The notes beneath the pieces were generated by a model. That model saw nothing but the letters and a program-made list of their open reading frames with translations. It searched no databases and was not told the DNA's origin. A stretch of 64,000 bases of DNA from an uncultured Gammaproteobacteria bacterium (GTDB lineage: Bacteria; Patescibacteriota; Microgenomatia; Levybacterales; GWA1-39-11): contig CAYPEN010000001.1 of NCBI GenBank assembly GCA_964409875.1, positions 292,275-356,274 of the forward strand, given 5' to 3'. The position numbers and the translations under genes are program-made. Every line of letters starts with the position of its first letter. The stretch's first letter is position 1. Positions 12,098-21,152 of the stretch are shown in pieces.

Positions 12098-12583
12098 ATG
12101 CAAAAGACACAAAGAGGACAAACATTGATAGAGGCAATGGTTGCTCTCGTCGTAATTCTTATGATATTGACAGCTATATCAATTGTGATTGTAAACGGAT
12201 TATATAATTCCAGGTTTATCAAAAACCAAAATGAAGCAAATAAATATGCACAGCAAGGGATTGAACTTGTGAGAAATATACAGAAAAATGACTTGAATAC
12301 TTTTAAAACTTTCGAATCATCTATCGCGCCATATCTGTGTATAGATGAAGCTAATTCGACCCTCACTTCGACTAACTGTAGTGATACTGGTGTTAATACG
12401 GGCACTTCTTATAATAGAACAATTGAATTTTCTCCGCCGGGAGGTGAGTGCGATTCGACTGATTTAAAAGTTACGGTAACGGTGAGGTGGTCATCGACGA
12501 AATGTCCGGCGAGTACCACTTTTTGTCATAAGTCAGTCCTTGTCAGTTGTATGCAAAAAAGTACGACGCAAAGCGATCCATGA
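12098..12583 (+). CDS. Minor pilin (PilV/GspI-like)
   Basis: QRG|QTLIEAMVALVVI, AQQGIELVR, KVTVTVRW. Confidence 0.85.
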   Translation: MQKTQRGQTLIEAMVALVVILMILTAISIVIVNGLYNSRFIKNQNEANKYAQQGIELVRNIQKNDLNTFKTFESSIAPYLCIDEANSTLTSTNCSDTGVNTGTSYNRTIEFSPPGGECDSTDLKVTVTVRWSSTKCPASTTFCHKSVLVSCMQKSTTQSDP

Positions 12584-13146
12584 AAAAATTTAATTTTCAA
12601 AAGGGGTATACTCTCGTTGAATTACTAGCAGTAACAGCCATCATAGTTATAATATCAGGCCTTATTATTGGGGTTCTGTACTCTACCCTACGGGGAGGGA
12701 GTAAAACAAAAGTGACGAATGACGTTGCTCAAAACGGGAATTACGCATTATCAGTGATATCAAATACTGCCCTACTTGCGGATGACGTAATTGCGCTTGA
12801 TGGGAGCCCAGTCTCTAATTGTACCGCACCAACTACTACCCCGGCAAAATCAATTGAGTTCCGGCAGGCAGACGGTTCGACCGTTGAATTTTCTTGTGAT
12901 TTGGCAACATCGAGCATTGCTTCAACAAGTGCAAATGTTAAAACATATCTTATGGATAATAATTCAGTGAAAGTGGACCCTTCAACATGCAGCTTTACGT
13001 GTTCTCAAAGCAATAATAATCCATATTCAAGTCCGATAATTGGTGTTTCATTTACCGTGTCACAGAGAAATACGTCGGCAGCATTTGAGAATATTGCATC
13101 CAGTACTTTTAATACGTCAGTCACTATGCGCAACTACAATCCGTAG
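12580..13146 (+). CDS. Minor pilin (PilW/GspJ-like)
   Basis: MKKFNFQKG|YTLVELLAV; ATGA overlap with the upstream stop; ends in TSVTMRN. Confidence 0.85.
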   Translation: MKKFNFQKGYTLVELLAVTAIIVIISGLIIGVLYSTLRGGSKTKVTNDVAQNGNYALSVISNTALLADDVIALDGSPVSNCTAPTTTPAKSIEFRQADGSTVEFSCDLATSSIASTSANVKTYLMDNNSVKVDPSTCSFTCSQSNNNPYSSPIIGVSFTVSQRNTSAAFENIASSTFNTSVTMRNYNP

Positions 13147-13171
13147 GATTGAGCTTTAATCCGTAGGATTG
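13138..13171. repeat. 14-bp direct repeat whose unit is palindromic (AATCC-gta-GGATT)
   Basis: aatccgtaggattg at 13138-13151 and 13158-13171; the first copy includes the stop codon of the upstream gene. Confidence 0.75.
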
Positions 13172-13224
13172 CGTGGCGCAGCTGATAGTTACGTTTTCTC
13201 AATGAAAAAATAAAACCTCTGAGC

Positions 13225-13254
13225 TTGACAGGTGGTCATAATTGACCGTATTAT
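13225..13254 (+). promoter_or_regulatory. Sigma70-type promoter for pilX-pilMNO with an inverted repeat in the spacer
   Basis: TTGACA (13225-30), 18 nt spacer, TATTAT (13249-54); GGTCA-taat-TGACC at 13234-13247. Confidence 0.5.
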
Positions 13255-13264
13255 GTATAAGTAT

Positions 13265-14158
13265 ATGGCTTTACAAAGAAGTAAGTTTGTCCGTGGCCAA
13301 GAAGGACAAATCCTGCTTATTGTGGTTCTTACTATGATTGTTGCATTGACGGTGGGTCTCTCCATTGCTGCAAGAATTGTGACAGAATTGAAGCTGTCAA
13401 AACAAAACGAAGAGTCGCAGCGTGCCTTTCAAGCTGCTGAGGCTGGGATACAACAAACCCTCAAGGGCCAAAGTTCTATAAATGTTCCGATTTCTCTTGG
13501 AAATAATGCATCTTTTTCAACCACTTATTTGGCTGAAAATGGTACTGAAATCATTATGAATAACGGTCAAGCGGTTGATCAAGCTATAGGGGGAGACGTT
13601 TGGCTTTCTGACTATTCTTCCGACCCGGCACTTATTTTCAAAAACCCAATGGGGAATGGTAAAGCAGTATCCATTAATATATATTGGGGTGCCCAAAATC
13701 AAAACTCATGCGCTTCAAGTGGTGGTGATTCTGTTGCTCCTGCTATAGAAGTAGTGCTTCTCTCCGGAACTGCTGCTAATCCGATCATACAAAAAAGTGT
13801 ATATGAATCAAATGGATGCACAAGAATAGCAAACGCTACTGCCGGAATAACGGCAGGAGCGCCTTATACACTTAAAGGGGGAGTGAAATTTTACAACTAT
13901 GCACCCCTTACTTTTAATGGGAGCGCCTTGTCTAACGGACTTGTAATGAAAGTGATTCCTATTTTTAATTCGAGCATTGTGGGCTTTCAGGCGCAAGATA
14001 CAGCCCCCGATCCTGCTGACCCATACCCTTTTCCGGCTCAAGGGTCAGTTGTGAGCTCTACGGGCACATCGGGTGATACGGTTAGAAAAGTAGTCTACTA
14101 TCAATCATTCCCCCAACTGCCATTAGAAATCTTTCCGTATTCCCTGTTATCACAATGA
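13265..14158 (+). CDS. PilX/GspK-like minor pilin
   Basis: QEG|QILLIVVLTMIVALTVGL (no E5) and SQRAFQAAEAGI (PilX N-terminal signature). Confidence 0.85.
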   Translation: MALQRSKFVRGQEGQILLIVVLTMIVALTVGLSIAARIVTELKLSKQNEESQRAFQAAEAGIQQTLKGQSSINVPISLGNNASFSTTYLAENGTEIIMNNGQAVDQAIGGDVWLSDYSSDPALIFKNPMGNGKAVSINIYWGAQNQNSCASSGGDSVAPAIEVVLLSGTAANPIIQKSVYESNGCTRIANATAGITAGAPYTLKGGVKFYNYAPLTFNGSALSNGLVMKVIPIFNSSIVGFQAQDTAPDPADPYPFPAQGSVVSSTGTSGDTVRKVVYYQSFPQLPLEIFPYSLLSQ

Positions 14159-15177
14159 GTGCAACGTTTGGTCTTGATATCGGTACAACATCCATTAAGG
14201 CGCTTTCCATAAAGAAAAGTGGAAATGTTATGTCTGTGGAATCATTAGGCTTGGGGCCGACGCCAACCAAGGGCATAATGTCCGAGTCAGGTGAGGACAT
14301 GGCAAGGTTCACAGACTCAGTTAAGCAGGTTATCGCAAGCGCAGGTATCAAACAAAGAGAAGTAAATATTGCGCTGCCCGAGAGTCAAGTCTATACAAAA
14401 ATAATTGAGATGCCTTCTCTTTCCGAAAAGGAACTAGCCGCAGCTCTAAAATATGAGATGGAACAATATATTCCACTTCCACTGGACCAGGTAAAAACCG
14501 ACTGGCAAATACTCGGCGCATCCACTCAAACTAAAGCGACAAGAGTTCTGCTTGTTGCCGCATCCCTTTCACTTATTAAAAAATATGAACAGGTTATGGA
14601 TACGTTAGGGATGGTGCCTGCTACTATCGAGACAGAAATGATATCAGTGCATAGAGCGATATTTCCGCTTGTAAATACACAATCCTCCAACATTATTGTG
14701 CATATGGGAGCAGCAACAACAAATATTGCCGTTGTTGAAAATGGTGAAGTTGTTATGGTCTTTACCGTTGATAAAGGAGGAATAGCTATAACCCGGGCAA
14801 TCTCACTTGATTTGGGAATTGATTTATCACAAGCAGACTCTTATAAAAAGGCGTATGGATTGAGTAAAGAGGCGTTTGAAGGGAAAATTGGTAAATCCCT
14901 ATTCCCTATTCTTGAGTCAATACTGGGAGATATTCGAAAAACAATTCTCCTATATAAAGAAAAAAACCCCAACCAGCAGATTACGCAACTCATACTCTCG
15001 GGTGGATCTGCACAACTTCCGGGTGTTGATATATATTTTACCAATCAACTTAATTTGCAGGTGGTTTTGGGAAATGCATTTCAAATTTATGACATAAAAA
15101 ATGTTCCGCAAGAACTATCCTCTGACGCTTTAAGTTTTAATGTCGTTGTGGGGCTCGCCCTCAAAGACATTATCTAG
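14155..15177 (+). CDS. pilM: Type IV pilus assembly protein PilM
   Basis: FGLDIGTTSIK, EQYIPLP, ILSGGSAQLPG, VVGLALK (actin-like fold). Confidence 0.93.
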   Translation: MSATFGLDIGTTSIKALSIKKSGNVMSVESLGLGPTPTKGIMSESGEDMARFTDSVKQVIASAGIKQREVNIALPESQVYTKIIEMPSLSEKELAAALKYEMEQYIPLPLDQVKTDWQILGASTQTKATRVLLVAASLSLIKKYEQVMDTLGMVPATIETEMISVHRAIFPLVNTQSSNIIVHMGAATTNIAVVENGEVVMVFTVDKGGIAITRAISLDLGIDLSQADSYKKAYGLSKEAFEGKIGKSLFPILESILGDIRKTILLYKEKNPNQQITQLILSGGSAQLPGVDIYFTNQLNLQVVLGNAFQIYDIKNVPQELSSDALSFNVVVGLALKDII

Positions 15178-15209
15178 CAAGTCCATATACACATCTTTGA
15201 ACTGCCCAT

Positions 15210-15746
15210 ATGAAACAAACCATAAACCTTGCGTCAGGCAAAAAGAGTGTTGATAGTGCGCTTCGCAAAGTATTTATCGCCTCTGTTGCCTTATTCTGCC
15301 TGGTGGTACTTCTTTCGTTCACACTTATTGTTTACCGTCTTTTCTTAAAAAACTCCTTTGAGGAGTTGGATAACAAAGAAAAAAAACTGAATGAACAAAT
15401 ATTAGCAAATGTTGACAAAAGGGATAAGCTTGTAGAAATTAAGGGAAGACTTGATGATATCCGCAAGATCCTCTCTAGAAGACTTCCAATGAATGCAAGA
15501 GTCGCTTCATTAACGGAAATTATACCCGATGATGTTACCGTTGAGACGATAAACGGAACAGATGTAGATATTCAAATTTCTCTAGAATCGGAGAATTTAT
15601 CAACGCTTAACGATTTGGTTGAACAAAAGATAGCAAATCTTGCACAGGATAAAAAAAGAAAAATAAAAAAAATTCAAATGCAATCCTTTGGCTTGAATCC
15701 CAAAACACTAAAGTATTCCGTGACATTTACGATAACGTTTAGTTGA
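15210..15746 (+). CDS. pilN: PilN-like protein
   Basis: N-terminal INL motif, TM helix and coiled coil; follows pilM. Confidence 0.7.
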   Translation: MKQTINLASGKKSVDSALRKVFIASVALFCLVVLLSFTLIVYRLFLKNSFEELDNKEKKLNEQILANVDKRDKLVEIKGRLDDIRKILSRRLPMNARVASLTEIIPDDVTVETINGTDVDIQISLESENLSTLNDLVEQKIANLAQDKKRKIKKIQMQSFGLNPKTLKYSVTFTITFS

Positions 15747-15747
15747 C

Positions 15748-16407
15748 ATGAAAGAACTTGAATTAATCTACAGAAAAAGAAAAAAACAACTTCTTCCTAT
15801 AATCTTTGGTTTTGCGTCCGTTTTTGTTTTTTTTAGAATTATTATCCCGCAATGGTCGGATATACAGGATGCACAGCAACTTATTACAACCAAAGACAGT
15901 GTCGTGAAAGCGAAAGAGACAACAGTAGCGCTGTTGGAGTCTCTCTCACAAGAAAATGTAGATAATGATTATATGCTTGCAACAACTGCTTTGCCGGCTC
16001 AAAAGGATGTCGTCCTTATTTTTTCGGAACTTTCCGATGCTTCTTCTAAGGCAGGAGTAAAGCTTGGAGGTTTTACTATAAAAGTTGGTGGCGTATATTC
16101 AACTTCCAAAACGCAACAAGTATCAGGTGAAAAGTCAATTAACGGAATTCCTTTTATAAACATTCTTGTCACTGTAAGCGGCAAAAACGACGGCCTTCGT
16201 AAATTTGCAGAAATCATGTATAAAAGTATGCCGGTTGTGGAGATAAAGAGCGTTGATATCTCTAAAAGTGATGCAAGGTATAATGTAAATTTTTTCTATA
16301 AGCCAGTTGCGTTGAAAGCACCGAATGCAGACTCAACTGCCCTGACAAATCTTACCCCTCTTCAATCGTCCCAATTGAAGGAATTAAAGGGATGGAAAGG
16401 GGAATAG
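15748..16407 (+). CDS. pilO: PilO-like protein
   Basis: TM helix, coiled coil, ALP motif; follows pilN. Confidence 0.65.
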   Translation: MKELELIYRKRKKQLLPIIFGFASVFVFFRIIIPQWSDIQDAQQLITTKDSVVKAKETTVALLESLSQENVDNDYMLATTALPAQKDVVLIFSELSDASSKAGVKLGGFTIKVGGVYSTSKTQQVSGEKSINGIPFINILVTVSGKNDGLRKFAEIMYKSMPVVEIKSVDISKSDARYNVNFFYKPVALKAPNADSTALTNLTPLQSSQLKELKGWKGE

Positions 16408-16415
16408 GTAATCCG

Positions 16416-17111
16416 TTATTCTATTGCTTTTTTCACAAGGTCAGGTCTTCTTTCAAGGGTAATTTTTACTGCTTGCTCCTTTTTGAATTTGTTAATTATT
16501 TTTGGGTTCCCGGATAGTAAATCTTTAGGTACTGGCATATTCTCAAACATCTCTGGACGCGTATAGGTCGGTCCTTCCAGAATTCGCCCAACGGACGTTT
16601 CGGAGTGGGATTCTGTCTGTGTCGCATTTTCATCCTTCAAAACTCCCGGAATAAGTCTTGTGACACTATCAATTATTGCCATTGCCGGAATTTCACCACC
16701 TGTCAGAACATAATCACCGACCGAGACTTCCATATCAACAAGACTCCTTATCCGTTCATCAAATCCCTCGTAGTGTCCACAGACAAGGATAAGATGGGCA
16801 AGATGGGAAAAATCTTCGGCATTTGACTGCTTGTAAACTGTCCCCTGAGGGTCAAGAAGCACTACTTTTTCACCATCAACTCCTGTTTTTGTTGAACGAA
16901 TTGCGTTTGCCATGACATCGACTCTGAGTACCATACCCGCCCCGCCCCCATACGGCTTGTCATCAACAATTTTATGTCTTCCAATACCAAAATTCCGGTG
17001 ATTGACTATTTGGAATTCCACTCTGCCTTTTTGTTGTGCCCTTTTAAGTATAGAAGTGCTAAGTACCGCCTCAAACATTTCAGGAAATAGCGTGATAACA
17101 GAAATTTTCAT
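16416..17111 (-). CDS. trmD: tRNA (guanine37-N1)-methyltransferase
   Basis: VDDKPYGGGAGMV, CGHYEGFDER, SVGDYVLTGGE, YTRP. Confidence 0.97.
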   Translation of the reverse strand: MKISVITLFPEMFEAVLSTSILKRAQQKGRVEFQIVNHRNFGIGRHKIVDDKPYGGGAGMVLRVDVMANAIRSTKTGVDGEKVVLLDPQGTVYKQSNAEDFSHLAHLILVCGHYEGFDERIRSLVDMEVSVGDYVLTGGEIPAMAIIDSVTRLIPGVLKDENATQTESHSETSVGRILEGPTYTRPEMFENMPVPKDLLSGNPKIINKFKKEQAVKITLERRPDLVKKAIE

Positions 17112-17169
17112 ATTAATAGTTTAAAGCTTTTTGAAAAGATGTCGAGTGAGGTGTAAAAAAGAGGGAACC

Positions 17170-17403
17170 CTAATTTTCTTCGACGTTTACTTCTACGCGT
17201 TTGTTTTCTTTTATCGCTTGAATTTTAACAAGCTGTTTCATTGCATTGATGACCTTGCCACCTTTTCCAATGATTTTACCTATTTCCTCCTGAGGGGCAT
17301 GGATTGTGAGAATGATGTCCCCTGCTTCACCTTCGTCTTCACTGACGGTGATTTCTTTATTTGAAAACGTTTTTTCGAGAATATATTCCAGAAGTTCGCG
17401 CAT
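17170..17403 (-). CDS. khpA: KH-domain RNA-binding protein
   Basis: GKIIGKGGKVINA; lies between rpsP and trmD. Confidence 0.88.
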   Translation of the reverse strand: MRELLEYILEKTFSNKEITVSEDEGEAGDIILTIHAPQEEIGKIIGKGGKVINAMKQLVKIQAIKENKRVEVNVEEN

Positions 17404-17404
17404 A

Positions 17405-17671
17405 TTAGTCAGCTTTTGGTTGTTTTACTTTCTTAGGGCGTTTTACACCTTCGATAGCATCCTTAACGGAGGGGGTCATTTGTGCACCTTTTGAAACCCA
17501 ATATTTTATTTTGTCATTATCAAATTCCTTTGTAACCCCGGTTGTTGTTTTTTCATAAAAACCAAGAAGATCAACCGGTTTCCCATCACGTCTTGATCTT
17601 TTTTCTTTGACAACTAACCTGAACTTGCGCTCTCCGCGTTTTCCTGTTCGTGTAAATCGTATAACTAACAT
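17405..17671 (-). CDS. rpsP: 30S ribosomal protein S16
   Basis: MLVIRFTRTGKR...RRDGKPVDLLGFY...YWVSKGAQMT; true start at 17671. Confidence 0.93.
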   Translation of the reverse strand: MLVIRFTRTGKRGERKFRLVVKEKRSRRDGKPVDLLGFYEKTTTGVTKEFDNDKIKYWVSKGAQMTPSVKDAIEGVKRPKKVKQPKAD

Positions 17672-17743
17672 ATTATTTAGCTGGTCATAAGACCATTCGT
17701 GATATTGTACTATTTTTGAGGCAAATTCGCAAGATTGCAATTA

Positions 17744-18412
17744 CTATTCATTATGAAGTGCTTCAAGTGCTTTTTGCGCGGCATCCTTTTCTGCCTCTTG
17801 TTTGGAACGGCCAGTACCATTTGCGACCAACTCCCCGTTCAAAAAGACACCGGCAGTATATTTTTTGTCATGGTCGGGCCCTTCCTCGTCAAGAATCCGG
17901 TAATCAGGAGAAACTTTATATTTTTCCTGCATGAATTCCTGTAGCATACTTTTTGGGTCTTTGAGGCCCTGGCTTCCGACAAACTCATTCTGGTTGGCAA
18001 GAATAGTTGTTGCAATAAAATCTCTTGCCTTTTCTATTCCCCCATCTAAAAAGAGTCCACCGACGACTGCCTCGTATGTGTTTGCAAGAATCGTTTTATT
18101 TGTTCTGCCTCCCCCTTCTTCTTCTCCTTTGCTCATTTTAAGAAGTGACCCCAGTCCCAGATTGTCAGCAACAATATACAGTGTTTGGGTGTTGGTGAGA
18201 ACAGAGCGAAGGCTGGTGAGCTCTCCTTCTTTCAGGTTAGGGTATTGTTCGTATATAGCAGAGGAAACCACAAATGAAAGGATGCTGTCCCCCAAAAACT
18301 CCAGTCTCTCGTTTGATTCTTTTGCCTCCTTATTTTCATTAAGATATGACCTGTGTGTAAACACTATAGAGCGCACTTCTTCATTTGAGAATACCGGTAA
18401 TTTTACGTTCAT
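17744..18412 (-). CDS. rnc: Ribonuclease III
   Basis: THRSY, NERLEFLGDS; dsRBD DPKSMLQE...GRSKQEAE. Confidence 0.96.
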   Translation of the reverse strand: MNVKLPVFSNEEVRSIVFTHRSYLNENKEAKESNERLEFLGDSILSFVVSSAIYEQYPNLKEGELTSLRSVLTNTQTLYIVADNLGLGSLLKMSKGEEEGGGRTNKTILANTYEAVVGGLFLDGGIEKARDFIATTILANQNEFVGSQGLKDPKSMLQEFMQEKYKVSPDYRILDEEGPDHDKKYTAGVFLNGELVANGTGRSKQEAEKDAAQKALEALHNE

Positions 18413-18413
18413 A

Positions 18414-18773
18414 TCAATCCTTTTTTTCCTTTATAAGCTTTCCTAATGCCCCATTTACAAAACCAGGCGACGCTTCCCCTCCAAATTCCTTTGCTAGCTC
18501 AATTGCTTCATCAATAATTACCTTTGGTGGCGCCTTCTTTTCAAATTGTAACTCATAAATGGCCAGCCGCAAAATAGCAAGATCTACTTTGTTAATTTTT
18601 TCTATAGGAAATTCCGGTGCAATTTTACGCACTGTCGTATCTATTTGACTAAAATTATCAATGATAAGTTTGGCTTTCTCGTTGGGAATATTCTGTTCGA
18701 CAAAACTGTAGGAAAAAAGTAATTGGACAATGTCTTGTCTTGTTTTGTGCCGTGGGTCTGAGGCCGTCTTCAT
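18414..18773 (-). CDS. nusB: Transcription antitermination factor NusB
   Basis: VDLAILRLAIYEL, VIIDEAIELAKEFG, FVNGAL. Confidence 0.93.
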   Translation of the reverse strand: MKTASDPRHKTRQDIVQLLFSYSFVEQNIPNEKAKLIIDNFSQIDTTVRKIAPEFPIEKINKVDLAILRLAIYELQFEKKAPPKVIIDEAIELAKEFGGEASPGFVNGALGKLIKEKKD

Positions 18774-18777
18774 GAAG

Positions 18778-18954
18778 TTATTTTGAGAGAACTTGCCGCC
18801 CTTTATAGTAACCGCACGCAGAACACACCGTATGCGGAACTACAACTGAGCCGCAATTCTTACAAATTGTAGATGAAGTAACTGAAAGGGAAATTGAACT
18901 TCGCCTTTTTCCCTTACGTTGCCTTGAATGTCTTCTTTTTGGTTCTTGTGGCAT
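18778..18954 (-). CDS. rpmF: 50S ribosomal protein L32, zinc-binding form (below the ORF-track cutoff)
   Basis: Manual translation MPQEPKRRHSRQRKGKRR...CKNCG...PHTVCSACGYYKGRQVLSK. Confidence 0.93.
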   Translation of the reverse strand: MPQEPKRRHSRQRKGKRRSSISLSVTSSTICKNCGSVVVPHTVCSACGYYKGRQVLSK

Positions 18955-19019
18955 AAATAAAAGCGTTTTTTAGGCGCCTTGTAGGTATTATAGTAAATTT
19001 TACGCTCATTCGCAACATA

Positions 19020-21047
19020 TTAGTCGGGATGAACAAGTTTTAGGGTTACCCCTTTAACTTTTTCTAGCAGTGCGCTTTCTTTAGTTAGTGTCGGAAATAG
19101 ATGTTCTGCTTCACTTTTTGCTCTCTCAACAAGTTCAAAATTTCTAAAATCAGCAATTTTAAAACCGCGATATCCATGCTGCCGTGTGCCGAACAGGTCA
19201 CCTCCACCGCGGAGTTTTAAGTCAAGTTCCGCAAGTTCAAAGCCGCTTTCAGCCTTCTCCATGTACCTGAGTCTATCTAAAACAGCTTGCGTGCTGCTTT
19301 CTGTGAATAACAAACAATACGATTGCTTGTCTCCCCTTCCCACCCTACCCCTTAATTGGTGAAGTTGAGCCAGCCCAAATCTATCTGATGCTTCGATAAC
19401 CATGATGGTTGCATCCGGTATATCAATTCCCACTTCAACGACGGGGGTTGATACGAGTACATTGTATTCCTTGTTTTTGAATTTATTCAGAACCTCATCT
19501 TTCTCTTTTGCTTCCAGCTTTCCGTGCAAAAGCCCTAATTTGAGCTCTTTTAAATCCTCTTTTTGTAACCGCTCAAATTCCGCCTTTGCAGCTTTCACCG
19601 TATCCATGTTTTCAGACTCTTCGATGAACGGGCAAACAATGAACGCCTGGTCCTGGTATTCACTTTCAACTATTTGTTTTTTTATCCATTCATATGCATT
19701 TGTACGCTTTACAGGTGGGACGAGCCATGTCTTTATGTGCTTTCTGCCTTTCGGCATTTCCTTAAGAAGTGATGTATCAAGGTCTTTGTATATTGCAAGA
19801 AGAATGGTTCTTGGGATAGGCGTTGCAGTCATCGTCAGAAAATGCGGGTTTGTTCCTTTCTGGCGGAGGATTGCGCGCTGCTCTACTCCAAAGCGCTGCT
19901 GTTCGTCGATTACGACCAGCCCCAACTTTTCAAAATCTACGCTTTTCTGAATGAGTGCATGGGTACCAATGGAAATTTTTAATTTTAAATCTTCAATTTT
20001 TAATTTTTTACTTCCGGTGATTAATTCGACAGCAATTCCATACGGTTCGAAGAGTTTTTTTATTGTTCCGTAGTGCTGATATGCCAAAATTTCAGTCGGG
20101 GCCATAAGAACTGATTGGTACCCGTTTAAGAAGGCAATATACATTGCAATTGCAGCAACTACCGTCTTCCCGCTTCCAACATCACCTTCCAAAAGCCGGT
20201 TCATGGGAATTTCTTTTTGAAGGTCATTTTCTATATCATTAAGGGCTTGTTTTTGGCCTTCAGTAAGTGTAAACGGCAACGCATCGATAAAATGTTTAAT
20301 TTTTAATTCTAAATTTTTAACTTCAAAAGGAAGTCCTTTATTTTTGTGGTTCCACTCGTCACGCCTTTTAAGAGCTGCCAAATGTGAGAGGAGCAGCTCG
20401 TCAAAAGCAAGTCTCTCGCGGGCAAGCTCTGCTTCCTGTATGCTTTTTGGGAAATGACAGGAATACAGCGACTCATAAAGAGGCTTATACTGTAACCTAT
20501 TCAACTCATTTACGTTCAGAAAGTCAGGTATGCTTTTATTGTGAGAGAGGATATCGTATATTCTGTTCCTGAGCCACTTTGAAGAAAGTCCCCGTGTTTC
20601 ATTATATATAGGAACAAGGCCGGTCGTATGGATACCATTTGATTGCCCCAGTACCTCGTATTCTTTAATTTGAAAAGACGGTTTTTTCCCAAAGAATTCA
20701 AGCTTGCCGACTAATCCCACTTCATCTCCCGGGTGGATGATGCGTGTGATATATGATTGATTGAACCACGTACACTGTAGTGTTCCTGTGCCGTCGGTAA
20801 CCGTTGCTTTCTGAAGCACAAATCCTTTGCGCGTATATTCGTTTTTTATGTCAACTACCGTCCCGCGGACAACCGATGTTTCCCCAAATTTTATTGAGCG
20901 GATAGTAACTGAATTTGTGAAATCTTCATATCGAAAAGGGAGATGGAATAAAAGGTCTTCAATGGTAAATATATTAAGTCGCGTAAGTGCGGCATTTTTC
21001 AGGCGATACACAAGACCTGCTTGAGCTATTGGAGTTGTAAGGTCCAT
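19020..21047 (-). CDS. recG: ATP-dependent DNA helicase RecG
   Basis: Wedge/OB domain, GDVGSGKT, DEQQRFGV, MTATPIPRT, QLHQLRGRVGRG. Confidence 0.96.
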   Translation of the reverse strand: MDLTTPIAQAGLVYRLKNAALTRLNIFTIEDLLFHLPFRYEDFTNSVTIRSIKFGETSVVRGTVVDIKNEYTRKGFVLQKATVTDGTGTLQCTWFNQSYITRIIHPGDEVGLVGKLEFFGKKPSFQIKEYEVLGQSNGIHTTGLVPIYNETRGLSSKWLRNRIYDILSHNKSIPDFLNVNELNRLQYKPLYESLYSCHFPKSIQEAELARERLAFDELLLSHLAALKRRDEWNHKNKGLPFEVKNLELKIKHFIDALPFTLTEGQKQALNDIENDLQKEIPMNRLLEGDVGSGKTVVAAIAMYIAFLNGYQSVLMAPTEILAYQHYGTIKKLFEPYGIAVELITGSKKLKIEDLKLKISIGTHALIQKSVDFEKLGLVVIDEQQRFGVEQRAILRQKGTNPHFLTMTATPIPRTILLAIYKDLDTSLLKEMPKGRKHIKTWLVPPVKRTNAYEWIKKQIVESEYQDQAFIVCPFIEESENMDTVKAAKAEFERLQKEDLKELKLGLLHGKLEAKEKDEVLNKFKNKEYNVLVSTPVVEVGIDIPDATIMVIEASDRFGLAQLHQLRGRVGRGDKQSYCLLFTESSTQAVLDRLRYMEKAESGFELAELDLKLRGGGDLFGTRQHGYRGFKIADFRNFELVERAKSEAEHLFPTLTKESALLEKVKGVTLKLVHPD

Positions 21048-21050
21048 TTA

Positions 21051-21152
21051 TCAACGAAGTACGTAAGGCAAGATAATTGTTGCAATCATAGCTAAAGTTG
21101 CTACTATGACAACCACTTTCATTATCCACTTTCTTTTGCGAATTTCTTCCAT
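21051..21152 (-). CDS. 33-aa single-pass membrane microprotein
   Basis: MEEIRKRKWIMKVVVIVATLAMIATIILPYVLR; ATG overlaps the tyrS stop (TAATG) and the stop lies 3 nt before the recG ATG. Confidence 0.7.
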   Translation of the reverse strand: MEEIRKRKWIMKVVVIVATLAMIATIILPYVLR

